Shown in pieces: positions 9,312-17,258 of a DNA stretch of 40,390 nucleotides; positions within the stretch are counted from its first letter, which is position 1, and each line of letters opens with the position of its first letter. The DNA comes from a virus. Its lineage: Duplodnaviria; Caudoviricetes. The stretch is taken from IMG/VR virus record IMGVR_UViG_3300017540_000008, positions 1 to 40,390 of that record; one strand, given 5' to 3'. The notes below the pieces were generated by a model that was given only the letters and a program-made list of their open reading frames with translations, was not told the origin of the DNA and searched no databases. The position numbers and the translations under genes are program-made.

Positions 9312-9439
9312 GCCACCTCCTCGAACTCGGCCTCGAGGTCGGCGTCGGATCGCGCCGCCTCCGTCTCGATACGGATCAGCGCGGCCGCGAACACCTCAGC
9401 GGCGGCACGGATCGCCTCGTCACGCGTCGGGCGGCGCAT
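9308..9439 (-). CDS. 43-aa hypothetical protein
   Basis: Below ORF-track cutoff; MRRPTRDEAIRAAAEVFAAALIRIETEAARSDADLEAEFEEVA; fills the gap with coupled ends and GGAGG RBS. Confidence 0.65.
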   Translation of the reverse strand: MRRPTRDEAIRAAAEVFAAALIRIETEAARSDADLEAEFEEVA

Positions 9440-9699
9440 CACGCCACCGCCTCCGGCTCAGACGCAACAGCGCCGGCCACCGACGTAAGGTCCGCAGCGG
9501 ACCACTTCAGAACGCGGCCGATGCGCAGCAGGTACTCGACCTTGAGGTGCTGCGGGTTCTCGAGCTGGAAGCGAAGCGTCGAGTCGTTGACGTTGATCTT
9601 CCGAGCGAGCCACCCGACCGTGCGATCGTCGGCCTTCAGGTCATCGAGGATCTTCTGAGCGAAGTCTCCCGGCGTCGGGAGTGGTTCCTGATTGGGCAT
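9439..9699 (-). CDS. Cro-like HTH protein
   Basis: TVGWLARKINVNDSTLRFQL; first gene of early operon, divergent from repressor. Confidence 0.75.
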   Translation of the reverse strand: MPNQEPLPTPGDFAQKILDDLKADDRTVGWLARKINVNDSTLRFQLENPQHLKVEYLLRIGRVLKWSAADLTSVAGAVASEPEAVA

Positions 9700-9772
9700 G
9701 TTCCCAATCTAGAGGGGACTTTTCCCAATCACAAGTATTTTTTTCCCGGCGTGTTGCTCCTTAGTCCCAACC
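9690..9772. promoter_or_regulatory. Operator array of the immunity region
   Basis: GATTGGG-N6-CCCAATC at 9690-9709; related units with CCC at 9703, 9724, 9745, 9766 (21-bp period). Confidence 0.65.
9700..9734 (-). promoter_or_regulatory. SigA-type early lytic promoter, leaderless
   Basis: TTGTGA (9734-9729), 17 bp, TAGATT (9711-9706), 6 nt, ATG 9699. Confidence 0.7.
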
Positions 9773-9791
9773 TGCCGGGAGGAAAAGACCG

Positions 9792-10073
9792 ATGAGCCCC
9801 AATAGCATGGGAGGCGTGAACGACCTCCCGACCGACGAACAGATCCGCGAGGCGCTACTCGTCGCGATCAAACGCCGCTACTCCACCGGAGGGATCAAGG
9901 CGTTCGCAAACGACGCCGGCTTCCCATACGACCGGGTACGCGATCATCTGACCGGGCAGTCGAAGTGGACCGTCCGCGCGATGCTCGAGTACATGCAGGC
10001 GCTCGGTCTGTCGATGACCGACCTGATCACGCTGACAGGCGCTCTCGCCAAAGTAGAAGGCCCACCAGACTGA
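9792..10073 (+). CDS. Immunity repressor (XRE-like HTH)
   Basis: GIKAFANDAGFPYDRVRDHLTG...ALGLSMTDLI; between Cro-like gene and integrase; GTG 9816 after TAGCAT is an alternative start. Confidence 0.7.
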   Translation: MSPNSMGGVNDLPTDEQIREALLVAIKRRYSTGGIKAFANDAGFPYDRVRDHLTGQSKWTVRAMLEYMQALGLSMTDLITLTGALAKVEGPPD

Positions 10074-10417
10074 CGCCGCGCCGCGTGCACGCCTCCCGCA
10101 GCTCGTCGAGCGTCGGGCACGGGAACCCGGGCCGCACCACCGGACACACCTCGCAGCACTGCGCCGCCGTGTCCGCTCCACAGATCAACCGACTGTCAAA
10201 CATTCGTCATCTACTCCCCGACCCCAGTCGAGCGCCCTCGCTCGCATCAGGGGATGCCGACTAGGCAACCATGAAGATGAGACATTCCTAACCCTTCCCG
10301 CCCAAAAAGAGGAAGAACCTCCCTCCGGTATCGCCCTTCTCCGCCCGCACGCGCCCGACTAACGCGCTAACATCCCGCCAACCCCTAACTCACCGCACCA
10401 CCCTCGGAAACGCGCCC

Positions 10418-11902
10418 GTGAACGCCACTCCTGCCGCCCGCACCCGACCGAAGCGCGCCGTCCTCTACCTGCGCCAGTCGACCTACCGGGAGGAGTCGAT
10501 CAGCCTTGAGCTGCAGGAAGCCGCCGGCCGCGAGTACTGCGCCCGGCACGGGTACGACGTGATCGCCGTCGAAGCCGACCCGGGGATCTCCGGCCGCACC
10601 TGGAAGCGTCCCGCGGTGCAGCGGGTCATGGGGATGATCGAGTCCGGCGAGGCCGACGTCGTCGTCCTGTGGAAGTGGTCGCGCCTGTCCCGCAACCGGA
10701 AGGATTGGGCGCTCGCCATCGACCGGGCCGACATCGCCGGCGGCGCGATCGAGTCCGCGACCGAACCCATCGACACCGCCACAGCCTCCGGGCGGTTCGC
10801 GCGCGGGCTCATGACCGAGTACGCCGCGTTCCAATCCGAGCAGATCGGCGAGCAGTGGAAGGAAGCCCACGCCCGGCGCCGACGCCTCGGGCTGCCCGCC
10901 GAAGGTGGACCCCGCTACGGGTACGACAAACGCGATGGGTTCTACTACCCGAACCCCGACGAGGCACCCGTGCTAGCCGAGATGTACCGGCGATACCTGC
11001 GCGGCGAAGGGTTCACCCGCATCGTGAAGTGGCTCAACACGGCCGGGCACCCCACCCGATCCGGGATGCCGTGGTCGCGGACCGTGCTCACCCACATGCT
11101 CGACGCCGGGTTCGGCGCGGGGAAGATCATCCACCGGCAGACGAAGAACGGCAAGCGGGACTGGAACATCGCGAACGCGACATACCACCCCGGGCAGCAC
11201 ACGCCCGTGATCACCGAGGCCGAATGGGAGACGTACCTTGCCCGCCGCCGCGAACAGACCCCCGGCCCCCGCACCGTCGAACCGAAGTACATGCTCACCG
11301 GGCTGATCGTCTGCGACGACTGCGGCGCACCGATGCACGTCGGAAACGCCGGCCTGAAGGACTACAAGTGCTCGGGCGCGCAACAGCGCCGCGACCGGCC
11401 CGGCATGTACATGACCCGCGCGCTCGTCGAACAAGCCGTACGCGAATGGGTCGCCGAACTCGCGTCCGACGTCGACGCGGGCACATCCGCCGTCCTGAAG
11501 CAGCAGCGCCGGCAGGTCGTGCAACTCGACAACGTCGCCACCCTCGAGCGGCGCATCGAGGAAGTCACGCAGCGGATGGGGCGCATCACCCTCCGATGGT
11601 CGTCAGGGAAGATGCCCGACGCCGCGTACGACGCCGCGATCGCCCAGCTCGACGAAGACCTCACCGCGCTCCGTGCACGCCTCAAGCGCGCCGCGCCCGC
11701 CCCCGAGCCACCCGTGAACCCCGGCCCGCTCGCCGCGGACCTCACGGCCCGGTGGGACGAGCTCACCGTCCTCGAGCAGCGGAACCTTCTCCGCGCGCTC
11801 ATCCATCAGGTGCGGATCCGGAAGCCCGTCCGACAGGGCACGGGAGTGTGGCGGGACCGGGTAATCATCATCCCGAGCTGGGAAGCACCTACTGTCGGTT
11901 AG
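10418..11902 (+). CDS. int: Large serine integrase
   Basis: AVLYLRQS (catalytic Ser), SRLSRN, PRYGY recombinase domain, LTGLIVCDDCG Zn ribbon, coiled coil. Confidence 0.95.
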   Translation: MNATPAARTRPKRAVLYLRQSTYREESISLELQEAAGREYCARHGYDVIAVEADPGISGRTWKRPAVQRVMGMIESGEADVVVLWKWSRLSRNRKDWALAIDRADIAGGAIESATEPIDTATASGRFARGLMTEYAAFQSEQIGEQWKEAHARRRRLGLPAEGGPRYGYDKRDGFYYPNPDEAPVLAEMYRRYLRGEGFTRIVKWLNTAGHPTRSGMPWSRTVLTHMLDAGFGAGKIIHRQTKNGKRDWNIANATYHPGQHTPVITEAEWETYLARRREQTPGPRTVEPKYMLTGLIVCDDCGAPMHVGNAGLKDYKCSGAQQRRDRPGMYMTRALVEQAVREWVAELASDVDAGTSAVLKQQRRQVVQLDNVATLERRIEEVTQRMGRITLRWSSGKMPDAAYDAAIAQLDEDLTALRARLKRAAPAPEPPVNPGPLAADLTARWDELTVLEQRNLLRALIHQVRIRKPVRQGTGVWRDRVIIIPSWEAPTVG

Positions 11903-11956
11903 CGGCATACGTCGTGCATCGTGTATCACAAACCGCTATCACGCCTCTGCACTTAT

Positions 11957-12175
11957 ATGAGCACGCACACCATCACCGAAGCGACCACGTGCGCCGAGTG
12001 CGACATCCCGATCGTCGACGTCGACGGTCACGCCCGATGGCACGCCGAGCTGCACACCGAAGCGTCCGGCCGCTCCCGCATCAACGCCCCCGCGCTCCTC
12101 GCCGCGACCGCCGGCCTGATCCTCGTCGGGATCCTGATCGGCATCCCCGCCATCCTCGCGTTCACCACCCGCTGA
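11957..12175 (+). CDS. 72-aa membrane protein with C2H2-like motif
   Basis: CAEC...HARWH then C-terminal TM; ends just before terminator. Confidence 0.7.
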   Translation: MSTHTITEATTCAECDIPIVDVDGHARWHAELHTEASGRSRINAPALLAATAGLILVGILIGIPAILAFTTR

Positions 12176-12180
12176 ACGCC

Positions 12181-12229
12181 GAAAGCGCCCCGCGCCACCC
12201 AGCCGAAGCTGAGGGCGCGGGGCGCTTTC
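12181..12229. terminator. Probable bidirectional terminator
   Basis: Perfect 16-bp inverted repeat 12181-12196/12214-12229 between convergent genes. Confidence 0.85.
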
Positions 12230-12238
12230 ATGTGGGGA

Positions 12239-12799
12239 CTAGACGACCGCGTCGACTTCCGGCCGTGAGGGGATGAGCTGCGACCCAGCCCCGAGGAACC
12301 ATTCAAGGTTCGGGTTGATGTTGATCGTCACCGTCTGCTCCGGCGACGCCGACGAGCCCGCGATCGCAGTCACCCCGAGCACCACCGTCACCGGCACCGG
12401 TACCCGTTGCGGGCTCAGCGCCGACGGCGCCCGGAACTGCCGGGACGCACCCGAGCCGAGGAACGACACCGAACCCGCCGACGCCGGCGACACCGACACG
12501 ACACGCCACGACCACGAGTCCGCCGGCCCGCCGCTGATCAGCGACGCCTCGACGGACACCATCGTCTCCGGCTCGACGTTGTTGATCGTCGGGATCGGGG
12601 CGACCGCGAGCGTGCTCGGACCGGACGCCTCGATCTTCAGGACCCGATGCTTCGGGCCGGTGACCAGCGGACCCGACGCCTTGACGTTCAGGACCCGGTG
12701 CCGCGGGAGCGTTGACGACTCCCCCGACGCCTTGATCTTCAGGACCCGGTGCCGCGGCGGCGTCGTCGCCTTGACCTTCAGGACGCGATGCCGAGGCAT
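12239..12799 (-). CDS. Putative virion accessory protein: four N-terminal HRVL repeats plus PKD/Ig-like domain
   Basis: P[RK]HRVL[KN][VI][KE]A x4; then VEPETMVSV...DSWSWRVVS...QFRAP. Confidence 0.75.
   Translation of the reverse strand: MPRHRVLKVKATTPPRHRVLKIKASGESSTLPRHRVLNVKASGPLVTGPKHRVLKIEASGPSTLAVAPIPTINNVEPETMVSVEASLISGGPADSWSWRVVSVSPASAGSVSFLGSGASRQFRAPSALSPQRVPVPVTVVLGVTAIAGSSASPEQTVTININPNLEWFLGAGSQLIPSRPEVDAVV
12624..12799 (-). repeat. Four coding repeats (plus-strand core TTCAGGACNCGRTGC)
   Basis: Cores at 12636, 12687, 12738, 12777 (spacing 51, 51, 39). Confidence 0.9.
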
Positions 12800-12802
12800 G
12801 AC

Positions 12803-14149
12803 TCAGCTGCTCACCACGACCGGACGGACCCGGATGTCGCCCCAGTCGGAGATCGCGCCCGGGTTCGCCGCCGTCAGCTTCTGCGTGGTCGCGGACGTCG
12901 ACTGCGAGATCGTCCACTCCTCACGCTGCGTCGACCCCTCCATCAGCCGCACCTTGATCGTGCCGCCCTCCGCCGTCTCGATGTGCCGGTAGTCGATCTC
13001 GAGGCCGGACCGCGGCTTCATCGGCCGCAGCCGGTACTCCTCCCACTGCTCGGACAGCGTGTAGTCCGGCGACTCCGTGTACGTGTCGTCGTCGGCGTCC
13101 GCGAGCGCGGCACCGTCCGTTTCCGCATCCCCGACCCGGATCCACGCGCTCACGGTCACCCCGTCCATCGGGAGCGGGTCGACGTCGTCGTCCGTGGGGA
13201 CGCGCACCTCGACCGTGTCCGACGCTGTGCCGCCGTCGTTATCGGTGACCGTGCATCGGAGGATGTACAGCTCGCCCTCCGCCCCGGCGGTGAACGACGG
13301 GGTGAGCGTGTCCTCCCCGGTGAGCTCGGGCGCGTCCTCCGTGGGGAAGTCGAACGTCCACTCGACCTCCGCGATCGACCCGTCCGAGTCGTTCGCGGTC
13401 GCCGACAGGTTCACCGTCGCACCCGACGACACGTCCTGCTTCGCGCCGGCATCGACCGTCGGGAGCACGTTCGCGTCCGGGCCGATGAACGTCGTCGCGC
13501 CGTCGTTGTAGGCCAGCCCGTCGAGATAGAACGACGCCCACGAACCGAACGCGCCGATCCGGCCGACCTGCATGCGGCCGAAGTTCGAGGTCCCGAAGTT
13601 CTGCCCGGTGAGCGTCGCCGTGAGCCCGCTGATCGGCGTGTTCGAGTCGCCGACGTACCAGCTCATATCGCAGGTGCCCGTCGACGTGTTCCCGTTCGTC
13701 GCCTTGATCTCGAGCCGCACCCACTGCCCCGTCGGGACCGTCGTCGACCCGGAGTTCCAGATCATCGTGCCGGCCGTGTTCTGAATCTCGACGCGCGCGT
13801 TCGTGATCACCACGTACAGGAGCGTCGTGCCGCCGCCCGCGGTGCGGATCCGGAAGAACCCGTTTCCCGCAGACGGCAGCGACGGGAGGTACAGGTACAG
13901 GCGCGCCGCGAACGCGGACGCCGCCGTCGGGATCCACTCGAGATAGTGCGCGTCGGTCGCGTTCGTCACCATCTTGTAGGACAGCGACCCGGCCTTCGCC
14001 TGCTCGTTCGAGAAGGTGATGCCCGCCGACCCGGCCACCGAGACGGTGTCGAAGTAGCGGCCCGAGCCGCCGCCCGTGTTGCCGCCGACACCGCCCGTGC
14101 AGGCGACGGTCGCCGTCCCACCCTCGGCGGAGTTCTTGATCAGAGTCAC
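12803..14149 (-). CDS. Putative adhesin/minor structural protein (ConA/LamG-like + PKD/Ig-like + acidic C-terminal domain)
   Basis: Start GTG 14149 (MTLIKNSAEGG) with GGAGG; VPTGQWVRLEI...FYLDGL; PTVDAGAKQDV...DSDGSI...TVTDNDGGTASDTV. Confidence 0.75.
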   Translation of the reverse strand: MTLIKNSAEGGTATVACTGGVGGNTGGGSGRYFDTVSVAGSAGITFSNEQAKAGSLSYKMVTNATDAHYLEWIPTAASAFAARLYLYLPSLPSAGNGFFRIRTAGGGTTLLYVVITNARVEIQNTAGTMIWNSGSTTVPTGQWVRLEIKATNGNTSTGTCDMSWYVGDSNTPISGLTATLTGQNFGTSNFGRMQVGRIGAFGSWASFYLDGLAYNDGATTFIGPDANVLPTVDAGAKQDVSSGATVNLSATANDSDGSIAEVEWTFDFPTEDAPELTGEDTLTPSFTAGAEGELYILRCTVTDNDGGTASDTVEVRVPTDDDVDPLPMDGVTVSAWIRVGDAETDGAALADADDDTYTESPDYTLSEQWEEYRLRPMKPRSGLEIDYRHIETAEGGTIKVRLMEGSTQREEWTISQSTSATTQKLTAANPGAISDWGDIRVRPVVVSS

Positions 14150-14505
14150 GATGCCTCCTCGACTGTGAGCGTGTATCCGGTGCCGACGCCGTCCCCGTCC
14201 GACCCCTCGACCGAGAGCAGCACGACGCGCTGCTTCGCCGAGTACGCGACGATCGAGTACCGGTGCGCCTCGTCGTCCGTCGCGGAGTCGAACATCTCGT
14301 GCGCGAGCTCGACGTCGACGATCGCCTCCGGGATCCCCTCGAGGTGCGTGACCTCGTAGCGGCCTCCCGTCTCGTCGCCGACGTTCGCCTCGACGTGCAC
14401 CACCGTCCCGTCGTCGAGCACGAACCCGTCCTCGAGCGCGGCGACGCATCGGCCGGTGAGCAGCGCCCGGATCTCCGCCTCCTGGTATTCCTCGATGGTC
14501 TGCAT
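14146..14505 (-). CDS. Acidic hypothetical protein
   Basis: 119 aa with AGGAGG RBS. Confidence 0.75.
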   Translation of the reverse strand: MQTIEEYQEAEIRALLTGRCVAALEDGFVLDDGTVVHVEANVGDETGGRYEVTHLEGIPEAIVDVELAHEMFDSATDDEAHRYSIVAYSAKQRVVLLSVEGSDGDGVGTGYTLTVEEAS

Positions 14506-14514
14506 CGGTGCCTC

Positions 14515-15699
14515 CTAGACGAGCCCGCTCGTGAGCGCGGGAATGGCTTCGACCGTTCCGTTCGTCCACCGCACACGGACCTGCTCGCCGGCCGTGCCGC
14601 AGATCACGTCGCGCAGCCGCAGCACGCCGCCGGTCTGATGGAACGCGGGGAACGTCGCGGCCACGCCGGATCCCCGCAGGTAGATCGGCGCGTCGATGAT
14701 CACAATCCCGCCGGACACCTTCACGGCGCCGTCGACGGTGCCGGAGCTGCCCGACACGTAGCCGATGTGCGGGCCGTGCATCACGACCGTGCCCGACTGC
14801 ACCTCGATCACCGGACGGGTCGCGAGGTTCGACGCGCCGCGCCCCTCGAACGTGCCGCCGATGATGTTGACCCGGTCGTCTTGCGTGCCCTTGATGAGCA
14901 GGCCCGCCCAGTCGTTCTCGCACGTCAGGTACAGGTACCCGGTGATGTCGGTCTTCCCGACGTTGTCGAGGATCATCATCGGGCGGCCGGCGCCGGACAC
15001 GTTCGCCGGGCCGTTCATGTTGAGGTACCCCGTGAACTGCAGGTCCGACCCGCCGATGTTGTACTGCGTGTCGGTGAACGACAGGTTCGTGAAGTGCCCC
15101 GAGTAGACGGCCTGCGTCGTGAGGAACTTCTCCGACGTGGACCCGAACGCGTGCTTGCAGCCGTAGAACGTCAGGTTGTTGAACCCGACCGCGTACGCGT
15201 TCACCGTCGACCGGAAGATCTGCGAGTTCGAGCCGCCGTGGAACGCGATTCCCGAGACGATGACGTCGTACACCGTGCTCGTCATCTGCAGCAGCGCGTT
15301 CGCGCCACTGCCGCACGAGGTCTGCCACTTCCCGATGACTGGCTTGCCCGACGAGATCTCGAGGTTCTTCGCGCCGACCGCGACGCCCGCGCCGATGATC
15401 TTCGCCCCGGTGAACAGGTTGAAGGTCGCCGACCCGGTGTTGAAGGTGCGCGCCGGGAGCTGCAGCCACGGGACGTTTGTCTGCGCGGCCGCGTACGCGA
15501 GCGCCGCCGTCATCTTCTCGGCGTCGGTGCCCGGGAACGAGTCGACTTGGATGATGCCCGGCGTGCCGGACGTGGCTCCCGTGACGAGCGCCTCGACCGT
15601 CGCGTAGATGTTCTTCAGCGCCTGCTCGATCTTGTTCAGCAGCGTCGCGGTGATCCGCGGGGTGGATCGCGCCACCCAGAGTGTCGGCGTGTAGGGCAT
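14515..15699 (-). CDS. Putative tailspike-like (beta-helix) receptor-binding protein
   Basis: N-terminal MPYTPTLW...ITATLLNKIEQAL anchor; IIQVDSFPGTDAEKMTAAL...LQLPARTF resembles the start of pectin-lyase-like folds; G/S/T/N-rich strands. Confidence 0.65.
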   Translation of the reverse strand: MPYTPTLWVARSTPRITATLLNKIEQALKNIYATVEALVTGATSGTPGIIQVDSFPGTDAEKMTAALAYAAAQTNVPWLQLPARTFNTGSATFNLFTGAKIIGAGVAVGAKNLEISSGKPVIGKWQTSCGSGANALLQMTSTVYDVIVSGIAFHGGSNSQIFRSTVNAYAVGFNNLTFYGCKHAFGSTSEKFLTTQAVYSGHFTNLSFTDTQYNIGGSDLQFTGYLNMNGPANVSGAGRPMMILDNVGKTDITGYLYLTCENDWAGLLIKGTQDDRVNIIGGTFEGRGASNLATRPVIEVQSGTVVMHGPHIGYVSGSSGTVDGAVKVSGGIVIIDAPIYLRGSGVAATFPAFHQTGGVLRLRDVICGTAGEQVRVRWTNGTVEAIPALTSGLV

Positions 15700-15872
15700 C
15701 AGTCGTCTCCGTCCGGGAACAGGAAGCCTTCGTCGTCGGCATCGGGGAACAGGTCCGGCCCGTCGTCACCGGCCGGGTAGAGGGCGCTCACGATCGGCGG
15801 GCGCCCGAGCGCGACAAGCGCCTGCTGCTGGTCGTCCCACGTGTAGAGGACGCCGGGGATCGGGGCGCTCAT
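15699..15872 (-). CDS. 57-aa acidic protein with three L[YF]P repeats
   Basis: ATG 15872 coupled to both neighbours; LYPAGDDGPDLFPDADDEGFLFPDGDD. Confidence 0.65.
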   Translation of the reverse strand: MSAPIPGVLYTWDDQQQALVALGRPPIVSALYPAGDDGPDLFPDADDEGFLFPDGDD

Positions 15873-16957
15873 GGCAGCGGCGTCCACATGTACTTGCCGA
15901 TCGCCTGACCGGACCCGAGCCCGCACCACGACGGCCACGACGGCGGACCGACCGGACCGAGCGCGAGCACGTACTCGATCCCGGCAGGCTTCGTCGCGCC
16001 GAGCGCCGGATACGAACCCGACGCGTACCGCCACAGCAGGATGTTCTTTGCCGCGGTGCCGCCCTGCTTCGCGGCCTCCGCGAGCTGCGACTGCACCGTC
16101 CCCGCGGTGAGCCCGGCCTCCGGGTTCGCGGGCGCGGTGATCTCCGCCGCCGTGAACTGCCGGTCGCCGCGCATCGCCGTATTCGGCGTCGTGCCGAAGC
16201 CCGGGAACGAGACGACCGTGTTCGGAGCCGCCTCGAGCAGCGCGCGCGCCGCGGCCGGGTTCGCCGCGGCGAGCAGCTGCATGATGAACGTCGCCAGCGG
16301 CGACGACCCGTTCCGGAGCTCCGCGATCGTGTGATTGTGCTGCGCGTGCGGATACGTCACCGGCTTCCCAGTGATCGAGTCCCACGAGCCGCCCGGCGCC
16401 GGCCCCCACACGGGCGACGAGCCGCCGTGCAGGATCACGTTCCCCTCGAAGCCCGTCTCGAGCGGCGGGACACCCTGCCCGGGGTCGCCCGGGTCACCCT
16501 TCTGCCCGACCACGCCGACGTCGACGGTGTTGCCGTCCGCGGTCTGCAGGATCAGGTGACCCTCGACCGCCTCAGCCCCGACCACCGCGGAGCCCGTCTG
16601 CGCGAGCAGGGAGGTGAACTGCTCCTCGGTGCCCTCGTATCCCGCCTGCACCGCCTGCTCGTACGCAGACGGTCCCGCAGGACCGCGGCGACCGTAGTCG
16701 GACTGCAGCCGTGTGACGAACGTGCCCGACTTGAGGATGACCTCCTCCGGGTCACCCTCCACCCGGAACTGCGGAAGCGCGCCCGTGTTCGACGTCGACT
16801 TCAGCGGGTTGATCGCCGCACCCGACACCGGGTCCGTGACCGCGAGCGGCGTCGAGTACGACGTGTCGTCGACCGCGAACACCTCGAACGTGGCGCCCTT
16901 GACGAGCTGCTCCGTCTCCGGGTCGTAAGCGAACTGCGTCGAGAATGCGTCGACCAT
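15869..16957 (-). CDS. Fibre-like minor structural protein
   Basis: ATG 16957 (MVDAFSTQ); GPAGPSAYEQAVQAGYEGTEEQF, short Gly-X-Y run, SWDSITGKPVTYPHAQHNH fibre repeat. Confidence 0.75.
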   Translation of the reverse strand: MVDAFSTQFAYDPETEQLVKGATFEVFAVDDTSYSTPLAVTDPVSGAAINPLKSTSNTGALPQFRVEGDPEEVILKSGTFVTRLQSDYGRRGPAGPSAYEQAVQAGYEGTEEQFTSLLAQTGSAVVGAEAVEGHLILQTADGNTVDVGVVGQKGDPGDPGQGVPPLETGFEGNVILHGGSSPVWGPAPGGSWDSITGKPVTYPHAQHNHTIAELRNGSSPLATFIMQLLAAANPAAARALLEAAPNTVVSFPGFGTTPNTAMRGDRQFTAAEITAPANPEAGLTAGTVQSQLAEAAKQGGTAAKNILLWRYASGSYPALGATKPAGIEYVLALGPVGPPSWPSWCGLGSGQAIGKYMWTPLP

Positions 16958-16962
16958 TGCGT

Positions 16963-17247
16963 TTACTCCTCGTCGTGCTCGGTGCCGTCGTCCTCCGGCT
17001 CGTCGTCGACCTTGTTCGCAGGCGCGATCCACACGCCCGCGAAGCCGAGCACGAACCCGCCGAGGGTCCACGTCAGGACGGGGAGCAGCTCCCCGGGGAT
17101 CTCGAAGACACCGTCCGCGATCGCGGGCGGCAGATGAGTCGTGATCGCGATCGCGGCACCAGCGATGCCGCCGGCCACCGCCTTCTTCGACTTCGGGATG
17201 AAGTCGGCGAGCGCGGCCATGACCTTGTTCGTACGGGTGAAAGGCAT
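16963..17247 (-). CDS. Holin
   Basis: Two TM segments, KKAVAG and GVWIAPAN motifs, acidic tail; in lysis cassette. Confidence 0.7.
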   Translation of the reverse strand: MPFTRTNKVMAALADFIPKSKKAVAGGIAGAAIAITTHLPPAIADGVFEIPGELLPVLTWTLGGFVLGFAGVWIAPANKVDDEPEDDGTEHDEE

Positions 17248-17258
17248 CAGAGGCCCCC

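Noticed and set aside
10085-10264. Possible 59-aa plus-strand ORF between repressor and integrase
   Set aside because: No RBS, atypical codon usage, no motif; not supportable, though not excluded
10221-10270. tRNA
   Set aside because: Only two short arms, too short, no T-loop consensus or CCA; no tRNA seen elsewhere
12624-12799. CRISPR mini-array
   Set aside because: Repeats are in-frame codons varying at synonymous sites, spacings are multiples of three, no cas operon
14150-15769. 988-aa ORF 12803-15769 as one giant protein
   Set aside because: The first ~540 aa are Arg/His/Gly-rich off-frame translation over two real genes; protein-like composition and an RBS begin at GTG 14149
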